IMG/VR virus record: IMGVR_UViG_3300021197_001769
Origin: a virus
Direction: 5' to 3' (one strand)
Length of the DNA stretch: 64,000 bases
Each line of letters opens with the position of its first letter. Positions within the stretch are counted from its first letter, which is position 1. Below, one piece after another: positions 37,923-47,900 of the stretch. The notes under the pieces were generated by a model. That model saw only the letters and a list, made by a program, of their open reading frames with translations. It made no database searches and had not been told where the DNA came from. The translations under genes were made by a program, and so were the position numbers.

Positions 37923-39346
37923 TAACCTACACTTCCTTTAACAAATAATTCTATCCTACCTGAAAATGGGTAGTTAGAAATTAATATCAATATTCCATCT
38001 TTAGTTACTATTGATGGTATATTTATTTCATTGTACCAATTGCCTATGCTTTGACTAACACCAACAGGGTATGTTGCGTTACCAGCCGCTATTTGAGCTC
38101 TTCTATACTTTCTAGCCATAATAGTATCTGAGTCTCCTACATTGACAGTAACAACGTTATCATCACCATCACCTGTAATATTTTCATTGTTGTTAGTTAC
38201 ATAACCACTAAAAAAATCTTGCAATTTATTTCCAAATTCATCTGAATCATAACCTATTTCTTGGAATACTTTGAATACAGGAGCGCCATCTGTAAGAGTT
38301 ATTCTTTGACCGTTAGATGACATTATAGGTAACAAGTATTGGTTTTGTAATATAACTGAATCTGATTCATTTAAATCAGCTTTATTCCATTGAAACCAAT
38401 CTCTTGAATGAAACTTATCGTGAGTCTGTTTTATATTAGTATCACCAGAGTCAGTAATAGTAGTTTGTTTATACACCCATCCAGTATTTGCACCTAGATA
38501 TGTACACTCAACTTCAATATGTTTTGTATTAAACGTAATTGGTGATACTGGAATATTACTTCTATAACCTGTTGTACCTGCAAATGGTATTTTTTCATAA
38601 CCGGTAATTCCAACTATATCTGAATTAGTAATCTGTGTTTGTCTTAATGAAGCATTAGTACCTGATGCAGCTCCTGGAACTGTTATTCTACTATGGTTAA
38701 CAGATGGGAAGCTATCAGAGTCAGCAGCTAGTCCTGCTTCAGGTGTATTAGTAATCCATTCATTTATTTGAGATACACTATTCCATTCATAAGGTGTAGC
38801 CCATAATGACATAGGAGTTGATTCAGATATATGACCTAAACTATCTCTTATGATTACTCTATCACCAGCTTTAGCTAGTGGTAATACTATATGAAAATAA
38901 TCTGAATCTAATTGAGTTAAGTCAGGAGTTATTTGCTCTCCTCTTGACATGAAATACCATTCTTTACTTAAGTATATAGATGGTATAGTTGAACTTGAAG
39001 GTGAATAAATTACACCGTCTGAATCTTTTACAAAATAACCTTCACCATTATGGAAAAAATCATATGAACCATCTGCTCTTTCAGTAGCACCATCTGAATC
39101 TTGCTTAAATGAAACTCTCTTAAATTTAGTAGCTGGATGTAACTCACCTACTTTATATTCACCTTCTGAATAGGCTTTTCTATATCCATAGTTCTTTCCA
39201 TCAGGATCATTACCAATTGGGTTGTCACCGTAGTTAGCATAGATGTCAGCGAAAAGATTATTAATCTTCATACCGCCTTTTCTAGCTGTATCTCCTGTCC
39301 CCGAATCTGGGGCTGTTCCTAAATTTATTAAATCTTTACTTGACAT
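37922..39346 (-). CDS. Baseplate wedge/fibre-connector-like protein (gp9/gp10 N-terminal motif)
   Basis: INLGTAPDSGTGDTARKGGMKINNLF; LPLAKAGDRVIIRD. Confidence 0.75.
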   Translation of the reverse strand: MSSKDLINLGTAPDSGTGDTARKGGMKINNLFADIYANYGDNPIGNDPDGKNYGYRKAYSEGEYKVGELHPATKFKRVSFKQDSDGATERADGSYDFFHNGEGYFVKDSDGVIYSPSSSTIPSIYLSKEWYFMSRGEQITPDLTQLDSDYFHIVLPLAKAGDRVIIRDSLGHISESTPMSLWATPYEWNSVSQINEWITNTPEAGLAADSDSFPSVNHSRITVPGAASGTNASLRQTQITNSDIVGITGYEKIPFAGTTGYRSNIPVSPITFNTKHIEVECTYLGANTGWVYKQTTITDSGDTNIKQTHDKFHSRDWFQWNKADLNESDSVILQNQYLLPIMSSNGQRITLTDGAPVFKVFQEIGYDSDEFGNKLQDFFSGYVTNNNENITGDGDDNVVTVNVGDSDTIMARKYRRAQIAAGNATYPVGVSQSIGNWYNEINIPSIVTKDGILILISNYPFSGRIELFVKGSVG

Positions 39347-39350
39347 ATCT

Positions 39351-39358
39351 TATTTATT
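39351..39358 (-). promoter_or_regulatory. Late-promoter variant AATAAATA, 4 nt before ATG
   Basis: AATAAATA-AGAT-ATG. Confidence 0.7.
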
Positions 39359-40351
39359 CTAATTCTCTGGCAAGTTTCTAACGATCTTTATGATGTTACC
39401 ATCGCTATCACTTAAGTTTAATATTGTCGGACTTCTATCAGAATCATTACTATATCTAACATCTGAATCGTTTACTACATTTCTTCTTTTTCTAAGCTTC
39501 TTTGTAGCACCATCAGAATCAAAATCAAGATCTGAATCATAAAGTCTAAACGTTACTCCATCTGAGTCTAATACATAAGGTCCTTTTGAGTCAGAATCAT
39601 AGCCTCTGCTATCACCTGATAGAACTGCGTAACCAACTTCAGTACCTGCTTGAGTAGAAGCTCGAGACATCTTATTTATTGGCACTCCAGTTGGTGGTAC
39701 TGAGACAATAGCTCTAGAATCAACAATTACTGATGTTGCTGCTACTGGTCCGTGTAACCATATCTTTGTTTGGAATTCCATTGTCCATTCTATAACTCTT
39801 CTATCACCTATTTCACCTGTATAATCATCAGCCCAAGTAGTAGATAACAACGTAAAAGTCTGATCATATGAATTAGTTGGTGTAGGAGTCAATGCACTTG
39901 CATCTTGAGGAAAATGTCTTACCTTTACTGTATAAGCAGGAGTAAAGAATGGTAGTATTTGTTCGATTATTTGCCAACCATCATTAAGAGTTTTTGTAGC
40001 ACAGTATAAAGTAAAATCTAAATTGTAAGGAGTAGGTACATTTATTCTTTGTCTAGGGTCTGTTAAACCATCAGGTTCTCTTAACATAGTTTGTCTGTTA
40101 GTTAATTTTCTAGATTGATCATAATTCATAGCTACTATTTCATATGACATTCTAGGTAATAACTTTTCAAACATTTCTTCAGAAGGCTGAAATTGTTTTT
40201 GAGCATCTAGCCATTTTTGACGAGGACCATAGCTAATAGGTACTGGTAAGAGTTTACCATCTCTTCTTTTAATTACTAAGTTGTTAAAAAGACTACCGAA
40301 TACTGCTACTGAAGTTTTAATAGTCTCATTGTAAAAATGTGTACCTATCAT
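39359..40351 (-). CDS. gp15: Tail sheath stabilizer/terminator with DSD-rich C-terminal tail
   Basis: HFYNETIK..VFGSLFN, VPISYGPRQKW, LPRMSYE, PTPYNL, QIIEQILPFFTP. Confidence 0.95.
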   Translation of the reverse strand: MIGTHFYNETIKTSVAVFGSLFNNLVIKRRDGKLLPVPISYGPRQKWLDAQKQFQPSEEMFEKLLPRMSYEIVAMNYDQSRKLTNRQTMLREPDGLTDPRQRINVPTPYNLDFTLYCATKTLNDGWQIIEQILPFFTPAYTVKVRHFPQDASALTPTPTNSYDQTFTLLSTTWADDYTGEIGDRRVIEWTMEFQTKIWLHGPVAATSVIVDSRAIVSVPPTGVPINKMSRASTQAGTEVGYAVLSGDSRGYDSDSKGPYVLDSDGVTFRLYDSDLDFDSDGATKKLRKRRNVVNDSDVRYSNDSDRSPTILNLSDSDGNIIKIVRNLPEN

Positions 40352-41385
40352 ATATCATCTAAATCTAAATTATTAATTATACCTGGACTATGATGAGCTG
40401 ATTTACCATAGTCTTCTACAATAACATCACTCTTCTCGGTTGCATTACCATCGTCATCATAGATAACTCTTTGCTGAGCTCTCTGTTCTATCTCTCTATT
40501 CCTACCATAAGAATCAGTTATTGAATCTGAATCTCTTACTATATTAAGTGCTTTAGTATCACTGTCTATAAAATTAACACCTGCTGAAGCTCTTTGTATC
40601 TTTTCATTAGTAGTAGTCTGTTCTTTACCAGTAACTGTATTGTATGTAATAGCAGTTGGTGAAAATCCAAGATCCTCTCCAGAAAGTTCGAATAGTTTAC
40701 ATCTTAATTTATATTGATAGTTATCACCTACTTGGAAGAAAGCACCATCATGGAATGTAGTTACTCGAGTTATTTCAAATATTTTAGGAACGTATTGATT
40801 TTTATTCTGAGCTGATCTACCAAAAGGAATAACAACTAAGTCACCCTCTAAAGGTCTTTGTCTATTATAAAACGCTGAGTCACTATCAGATAGATCACTG
40901 TCATAATCTTTATGTTTATTATTAAAGTTATTAATAGCAACAGTCATAATAACTTCTTCTCTAAATTCAACTCCGTAAGTAGTCATTACATCGCCTTCAC
41001 CTTCGAAGCCGGCTGCTGCTAATAACATCATATCTATTTGGTAACCTGCATGAAACTTAGATTCAGGTCTTTCGTTGAATACTGAATCAGTATACTTAGA
41101 ATGTCTAGGCATATATCTAACAGTTATACCATTAGTATTAATTGACTCTCTTACTAAATTTTGTACTAGTCTTTGTTCATTTGTTGAAAAGTTTGCTGAT
41201 GAACCGAATTGGTTAATATAACCATCAATAAAAGTATTTTGAATAGCTGCTTTGTAGTTGTAATTTTCGTTTATAGTTCTTATATTTCTATTTTGACTAG
41301 CGCCAAAATCAGAATCATTATCTGTTTTTGTCAACTCTGTAGTAGTTGCAATTGTAAATCCTAGATAATTGTTTACTATAGCCAT
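40348..41385 (-). CDS. gp14: Neck protein
   Basis: EQRLVQNLVRESI..G..VRYMPR, GFEGEGD, RPLEGDLV, FFQVG..YKLRCKLFE. Confidence 0.9.
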   Translation of the reverse strand: MAIVNNYLGFTIATTTELTKTDNDSDFGASQNRNIRTINENYNYKAAIQNTFIDGYINQFGSSANFSTNEQRLVQNLVRESINTNGITVRYMPRHSKYTDSVFNERPESKFHAGYQIDMMLLAAAGFEGEGDVMTTYGVEFREEVIMTVAINNFNNKHKDYDSDLSDSDSAFYNRQRPLEGDLVVIPFGRSAQNKNQYVPKIFEITRVTTFHDGAFFQVGDNYQYKLRCKLFELSGEDLGFSPTAITYNTVTGKEQTTTNEKIQRASAGVNFIDSDTKALNIVRDSDSITDSYGRNREIEQRAQQRVIYDDDGNATEKSDVIVEDYGKSAHHSPGIINNLDLDDI

Positions 41386-42116
41386 TACGCATAATACCCT
41401 GCGTCTCTTCCAGAAGTACTTTGTCTAACTGTTAGTTCTACTATTGCATCTTCAACAGTTTGAGCTTGTATTCTTACGCTATTAGCCGCTCCCTGATTTA
41501 ATTTTAAATATTCTGCATACATTTCTAATTGTTCAGCTCCAGTTTTCTCTGAAGAAGCAGTACCAGTTGATAGTCTTGATAGTGCACTATCAAAATCAAA
41601 TGTAATATTTTTAGCACTATTACTGTGCTCTAATGCAAACTTACTACCGTTATATTTTAGTAATGAACCTGCAGATATACTATAAACACCATTTGTTAAA
41701 TTAAAGCTTGCACTTGTTATTTTATTAGTGTATACTGGAGTAGCATCAGGATTAAGTGTTAAAATACTCTCTGATAAAATAACTGTATCATTACTATTAG
41801 GGCTCAAAGCAGTAATTTCTGTATAAGTTTTTGCACCTAAAAATGTACCAGCAGATGATAAAGATGTTATATCTGCATTAACGTTAACATTAGTTCTATA
41901 TGAAGCTTCAATAAAGTTATTAAGTTTTTGAAAAGCTGTTCTTAGAGGATCACCATCATTAGAGTTGGGAGACGTACCTGTGTTAACTCTTGTATTGGTA
42001 TTTACAGTATAATCAGTTAATGGTATAACAGAATTACTATTAGCTGGATCAACAAGCGATGGCTTATTAACAGAACTATTTTTACTTAGATAATCTGATA
42101 AGAGTGTATTAGCCAT
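41385..42116 (-). CDS. Structural protein with gp9/gp10-like motif
   Basis: VNTGTSPNSNDGDPLRTAFQKLNNF. Confidence 0.65.
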   Translation of the reverse strand: MANTLLSDYLSKNSSVNKPSLVDPANSNSVIPLTDYTVNTNTRVNTGTSPNSNDGDPLRTAFQKLNNFIEASYRTNVNVNADITSLSSAGTFLGAKTYTEITALSPNSNDTVILSESILTLNPDATPVYTNKITSASFNLTNGVYSISAGSLLKYNGSKFALEHSNSAKNITFDFDSALSRLSTGTASSEKTGAEQLEMYAEYLKLNQGAANSVRIQAQTVEDAIVELTVRQSTSGRDAGYYA

Positions 42117-42294
42117 TTTTCTCTAGTATCCTTTCTAACAAGTTTTCTATTCTATTTAATCTATATTCTAAATCGTTCAATCTTTTTTGTTCTTTACGTC
42201 TTTTATTAATAGTTGCTTTAAGAGACGGATCAGTATTAATAATAGCACCGCCTCTCTTTTCAAGATACGGATGACCTTGTATATTTTTATGCAA
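42109..42294 (-). CDS. Small coiled-coil protein of the type that follows VrlC-like genes
   Basis: 61 aa; IQGHPYL...GAIINTD then a coiled coil; overlaps both neighbours. Confidence 0.7.
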   Translation of the reverse strand: MHKNIQGHPYLEKRGGAIINTDPSLKATINKRRKEQKRLNDLEYRLNRIENLLERILEKNG

Positions 42295-44140
42295 CTGCTA
42301 ATATCCTTAAATTTTTAAGTCTAGGCACATATGCTTCGTTTTTAGTTTTCATTCTAACTCTAACTCTAAACTCTTGAAAATCTTCTCCTACTGCATGTTC
42401 TGCTGAATATTCTTTAAAGTCTTCAGCACTATTAAACGCACCGTAATTTTTTTCACTTATAAATGTATTAAGTTTAAAATCTTCCCAATCTTGAGCATCT
42501 ATATCTGCAGTATCACCTATACGTTTCACTTTAAATGCAATTTCAATTTCATTAGTAGGATTCATATCAGCTAAAAATTTAACTATTAAAGTATCAGCAG
42601 GTGTAGCTAATTCTGTAATCTTAGTAATGTAGTCTGCATGATCTTGTTTAGCTGCTGTAAGTGACGCAATATAAGAAGCTAACTTAGCTTGTATATTTGC
42701 ATTGTCAGAATCTCCTTCTTCTAAAAAGTCAGAGTCATTAGCTCTTTTTGATTCAAAAATTGGATACTTATTCTGTAGATCTGAATCATCAGGCTGCATT
42801 CCAGCTCTATTTCTTAGTAACTTAATTTTATTTACAACCCCTTGTGATGGAGATTCAACTGGTATTACAGGTGAGTATCTTTCATCAGCTGTGTTAAGTT
42901 CTAGTTGCATTTCAAATGATCTATTAGTAGAATTAACAGTAGATAAAATTGATTTAGGATTAGTAAAAGTTGTTACTTTATCTGTTTCAACATATGCATA
43001 AGCTTCATCTATACTACCTACAGCTTGATAACTTTCAGCTGAAGTATCTAAACCTAGTAGTTGACTTGATATAACGTTATCAATAGTACTACCAGTTGTA
43101 GTTTTAATCTTAGCATCCACTTTAGTAAAGAGATTGTTTATAGGATTAAGATTAGTGTATAGATAATCGTACTGTAAGTTAGAACTCACTTTCATATTAT
43201 AACCACCTGCATCTAAAGTTTCTCTTGCATTAGAAGCTACTTTTATAAAATAAGTATCTTGTGTAGCATACAATACATCATGTGTATCTACAAAAGAACT
43301 TGATGCGGCGTCAGCTTGCGTATTAATATCAGTAACCGGAATACCTGCTATTTCAGATGCTCCGTTTGGTCCCTCAACTCCTGATACTACGACTTTTTGT
43401 CCTGATCCATACATTCCATGATTAGGATGCTTTATTAAAATATATGGTGAATGCTTAAAAGTTCTTATTGGTGTGCCGTTATTCACAGTACCAATATTAA
43501 CTGCTAGTTTACTTAACTTAGATCTTAACTGTGCTGTAGCTACTCCAGTATTAAAACTAGCTCTATATAATTTAAACTTTAAATCTTTATTAGGGTCCGG
43601 TATATAAACTCCACCATTTTCTGATGTAAAGAACGAACCACCTGAACCTCCTATACTAGGCGGCGAAGATATTAATCCACCTAATCCAGAAGTCAAGTCT
43701 GGCTTACCTATTTCAGCTGTCCATAAACTTGTAAGAGAAGATTGGGTTCTTACTACTATACAATATTCCTGAGCAGAAATCAACTTAACAGGTGAATTAA
43801 ATCTAAAATTAGTTGGTGTCGATGCTACTGCTCTACCTGAACCGGTACCATCTGAATCAGATAAAAATTTGGAAGCGTATCCAACTACTATTTGTCCTGG
43901 TCTACCTTGTACTGTATTTCTAATTTCAACTCTAACTTGATTTTGGTTTGAGGATAAATCTACTACGTCAAAAAACAAATCAATAGCAGTGACAAAAGCT
44001 CCTTCTTTTATCTTAACATCGTTTTCGTAATCCTCACCACCAGAAGTATCAACTGGTCTACCGTCACCATCAACACTAATTAATTTTTTTATGATAGCTG
44101 GTAACGTGAACGTTTGTGCTATTGCGCCTTTAACTGCCAT
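42287..44140 (-). CDS. VrlC/DUF4815-like virion protein, C-terminal part
   Basis: AQTF..GAFVTAIDLFF, PTNFRFNSPV.L....EYC, GSFFTSENG, DLKFKLYRASF, HPNHGM, VPRLKNLRILAVA. Confidence 0.82.
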   Translation of the reverse strand: MAVKGAIAQTFTLPAIIKKLISVDGDGRPVDTSGGEDYENDVKIKEGAFVTAIDLFFDVVDLSSNQNQVRVEIRNTVQGRPGQIVVGYASKFLSDSDGTGSGRAVASTPTNFRFNSPVKLISAQEYCIVVRTQSSLTSLWTAEIGKPDLTSGLGGLISSPPSIGGSGGSFFTSENGGVYIPDPNKDLKFKLYRASFNTGVATAQLRSKLSKLAVNIGTVNNGTPIRTFKHSPYILIKHPNHGMYGSGQKVVVSGVEGPNGASEIAGIPVTDINTQADAASSSFVDTHDVLYATQDTYFIKVASNARETLDAGGYNMKVSSNLQYDYLYTNLNPINNLFTKVDAKIKTTTGSTIDNVISSQLLGLDTSAESYQAVGSIDEAYAYVETDKVTTFTNPKSILSTVNSTNRSFEMQLELNTADERYSPVIPVESPSQGVVNKIKLLRNRAGMQPDDSDLQNKYPIFESKRANDSDFLEEGDSDNANIQAKLASYIASLTAAKQDHADYITKITELATPADTLIVKFLADMNPTNEIEIAFKVKRIGDTADIDAQDWEDFKLNTFISEKNYGAFNSAEDFKEYSAEHAVGEDFQEFRVRVRMKTKNEAYVPRLKNLRILAVA

Positions 44141-44947
44141 TTACCATTTCTCCCCTTGTATTGCTAACTTAGATGATAATAAAAATTTTATCATAGAACC
44201 AGTTATATCTATTTCATACCATGCTCTGCTAAAATTCCAATCCCAGGGTTCAGCATGATGATTATTATGCCACCCTTCACCGAATGTTAACAGTGCTACC
44301 CACCACACATTTGAACTATCGTTATCTTGTTTATATCTTTTATAACCAAGTTCGGAGTGTGCGAACGTATTATTTATTATACTTGTAGTGATTCCTATTA
44401 CAGATGGTAAAATGAATCCCCAATATAATCCATACATACCAAAAATACTAAACATTACAGCTGCATGAATTAAAATTATTAGAAAATAATATTGATGTAA
44501 AAGTACTTGAAACTTATCTTTTATAATATGTCTATACTCTAATAAGTTAAACTTAAACGAATCATACTTATCATTCTTTAAAAAAACTAATCCTTTATCT
44601 GGTGAATGAGGATCTTTTTCCGTATCAGCATGCTTATGATGCTCCCAGTGAACTATAACCCAAGTTAAAGGACTACCTGTACCTTGAATAGCTCCTAGGT
44701 ATGAACCTAATCTTTCCATCCATTTGTACTTGAACTCAAATGATTGATGTGTAAGACATCTATGTAAAGTCATAGTTATTCCTATGCATCCAGTTAAGAA
44801 GTATACAAATAATGATATTGAAAAACCTAGTAAATCAATAGGAAAACTAAAAGTAAAAGGTAAAGTTAATGCTAATAGTATAAGTAAGTAATGTAGTAAC
44901 TTTATTTTTCTACCAGTTGGACTGAATACGTTTAATCGATCTAACAT
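44141..44947 (-). CDS. Membrane fatty-acid desaturase (delta-9/acyl-CoA type)
   Basis: HRCLTH, HWEHH..DPHSP, GEGWHNNHH. Confidence 0.93.
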   Translation of the reverse strand: MLDRLNVFSPTGRKIKLLHYLLILLALTLPFTFSFPIDLLGFSISLFVYFLTGCIGITMTLHRCLTHQSFEFKYKWMERLGSYLGAIQGTGSPLTWVIVHWEHHKHADTEKDPHSPDKGLVFLKNDKYDSFKFNLLEYRHIIKDKFQVLLHQYYFLIILIHAAVMFSIFGMYGLYWGFILPSVIGITTSIINNTFAHSELGYKRYKQDNDSSNVWWVALLTFGEGWHNNHHAEPWDWNFSRAWYEIDITGSMIKFLLSSKLAIQGEKW

Positions 44948-47900
44948 TTGCTTTCTTTAGATATCCTTTCTGAACTAATTTACCAGTAAACCAAACTATA
45001 GGTCTAAACAATCTTAAGACTAAACTATTAAATGTAAAATAGTTACCCTTCATTTCTTCTTGTAGACCATGAGTTCTAGTTTTTGCAAACCATTCTAGAG
45101 CAGTTCTTATATAAGTATTTGTAGGCATCTTCTTTACAAAGTATAAGAACAGTTTATGATATCCTAATTCATAAGCATCATCAAGTTTCTTAAATTTATT
45201 ATATCTCATCCATACTCTATTAGAATACATTGGCATATTGTACATTTTATTCATCATAGTACATACAATTTTACCACCGCCGCCTCCGCCGCCTTCGGAA
45301 CTGCTTCCATCGTCATGACTTCCGTGACCAAAGTCACCATAATTCATATCCATATAACTAGGATTATAAGATGGTGGACTATCACCCCAAGAGTCACCGC
45401 CTCCTCCGCCACCGCCGTAATTTAAGTACTCAGTAGAAGATGAAGTAACAGTTTGCTCTTCTGTTCTAATTATAACGTCTTCAACTCCATCAGTTCTAAA
45501 CTTAGATAAAAATCCTACTTCATACTTAGAAGCGACAATATAGATAGCTGATGCTATAGTAGTTTTAGTTGAATCAAATAATGTAAATCTTAATTGACCA
45601 GTTTTAAAAGTTGAAGGAGGAATAGTAAATCTACCTCTTATCATTCCTAATGCATCAGTAGTTAATGTACCTTTATTTGTATTAATATAAGTAACATCAC
45701 CTGTAGAATTATCAGTCATCTGACATAAATCAGTAACATTAATATATTCAAAAGTAGCTATAAGACTTACATCAGGTCTTAAACCTTCTGCTTTAAAAAC
45801 AATTTCTCTAGAAGGACAAAATGCATCTCTATCAATTTTAACTTGTTCTAAATTAAAACTATTAGCTGTATCTCTAGTAACGAATTGCTTCTGTTTTATA
45901 TTTCTAATTTGATTTTGAGCTGTATTAACTGTTCTTCTATTACCGCTTCGTGAAGTAGTTACAGAAGCATCACCTATATCATTCCAAGATTCTGACCAAG
46001 GCTCTGACATCGGAATAGGTACTACGTTTAAGTTAAATTCATTTACTGATACTTCTGAGTCATTTACTATACCATTTCTATCAATAAGAAACTTAGTAAG
46101 TTCTTTTTTAGCTGGGTCTACGTTAAACTCTCTAGCGGGATCTAATGTAATATAACCTTTATATGTTAACTCAGCATATGGGTTTATTCTTACACTTGAA
46201 GAAGCTTGAGGTTGATCTAAAAATGTACTTTGCGTATAAGTCTTAGTTAAAAAACCTTGATCAAAATAATAAGGATCTATACCTGCTTCAGTAAGCGCAC
46301 CAGCTGATGAATCTAATATTTCTGTTTCTACATAAGTAGGTACTGATAATGGTCTTAAAGATTCATCTGCAATTGATGCTTTAGATGTAGATAAGTCATT
46401 ATCTTGAATAACATCATCTTTATCAGTCTTAAAATCATCTACGATGAATCCTAACTTAGTTCTATTAGCTGTATCATCAGTTAAAGCTTGAGTTTCTAAG
46501 AATGATAATGAAATGGCATCTTCTAAATTTCTAATTCTTTTTTCAATACCACCAATATCTTTCATAGTATATCGTTTATTGTCTTGAGGTACAGTTATAA
46601 TTTCACTTACATCTTTAAATGCAGCTGGTATTAATGCAGTTGCAATTGGCATACCTAATGATGAATCAAACTTTGGTATTTGAGGATTTCTTGCTGCTAA
46701 TGAGCTAAATCTTTTCAATCCAAAATAAGGTTTAGTAGCTACATAATAGATATCATATCTAGATAGATACTCATCATAAGTCATTGTAAATTTAGCTGCA
46801 GGAGTAGCTCCTGTTTCACCTATACCAGGTAATAAGAAAGGTCTATTTGTAATAGACTTGTGATTAAAATGGAAAGTATTTTGTCCAGTATTATTATTTG
46901 TAGTTACTTTCTTTCTAAAATCAATTACGTCTCTTAACTTTATACCTTTTGTTCTATCTTTATTACCTAAGTCAACTGGCTTTTCGAAAAATCTAGGATC
47001 AGTAGCGAAGAAGCCTGCTGAAGAATAACTATCAGCATTGTAATAAAACTTATTAGTTGTATCTTGATCTTCAAAATAAGAAAAGAATATAGTTAAATCA
47101 CCTACTTCAGGAGCTCTAATTAATGGTTTTCTTATAATTCTTCCAGTTTCTAATATATTATTTCTTTGACCATCATCTAAGAAATAATTATCTATAATAT
47201 CAGTACCGAATTTTTCAAGAGTGTCTACTATTATTGCAGTTCTATCAGAAACATAAGTTACTTGATTTACAAAACTATCTAAGTCATTAGGTGTTGTAAC
47301 TAATAATATCTCATTAGCAATAAAATTAGATGTAGCGTTTTCTTTAATAATTTCTAATACTTCAGTAGAACCTGTACCTGATCTACTAGTATGGTAACCT
47401 GCAGAACCTGTTAATTCAGATTGATTTTTATCGCTATTAGATAAAGCAACTAAACCTCTACACTTAGAAGTTGTTCCAGTTACAATTGAACCTTGAGGTA
47501 TAATACCTCCGCCTGATATTGTAATGTTTATTTGTTTAAAGTGAGAGAAAGTATTATTAGCATCACTCTTACTTATTCCATATACATCATAGATATCAGA
47601 ATACAATAAAGTTGATTCTCTATCTTGAGCAGACCAACCATAGTTAATTGAGCTTGTTCTATCATTTCTAATTTTTAAGTAAACATACTTAAGCTTTTTA
47701 CTTATTTCATTACCATCATCAATTCTAGTTCTAGTAAAATCACCATTAGCATTAGCAGTAGAAAATAATGTATCAGCTGTATTGGGTGTTATAGCTGTAG
47801 ATCCAGAAGTACTAGCAATCACAGGTGGATTAGCAAACAATACTTCAAAATCATTATCGAATACTTTAGCGTCATCTCTAGCAGTTTTAACTGCACTTTG

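Noticed and set aside
44141-45420. Group I intron or intein explaining the split VrlC gene
   Set aside because: The intervening DNA is fully coding (KIVCT domain plus desaturase), with no homing endonuclease and no intein His-Asn end; the second half has its own ATG
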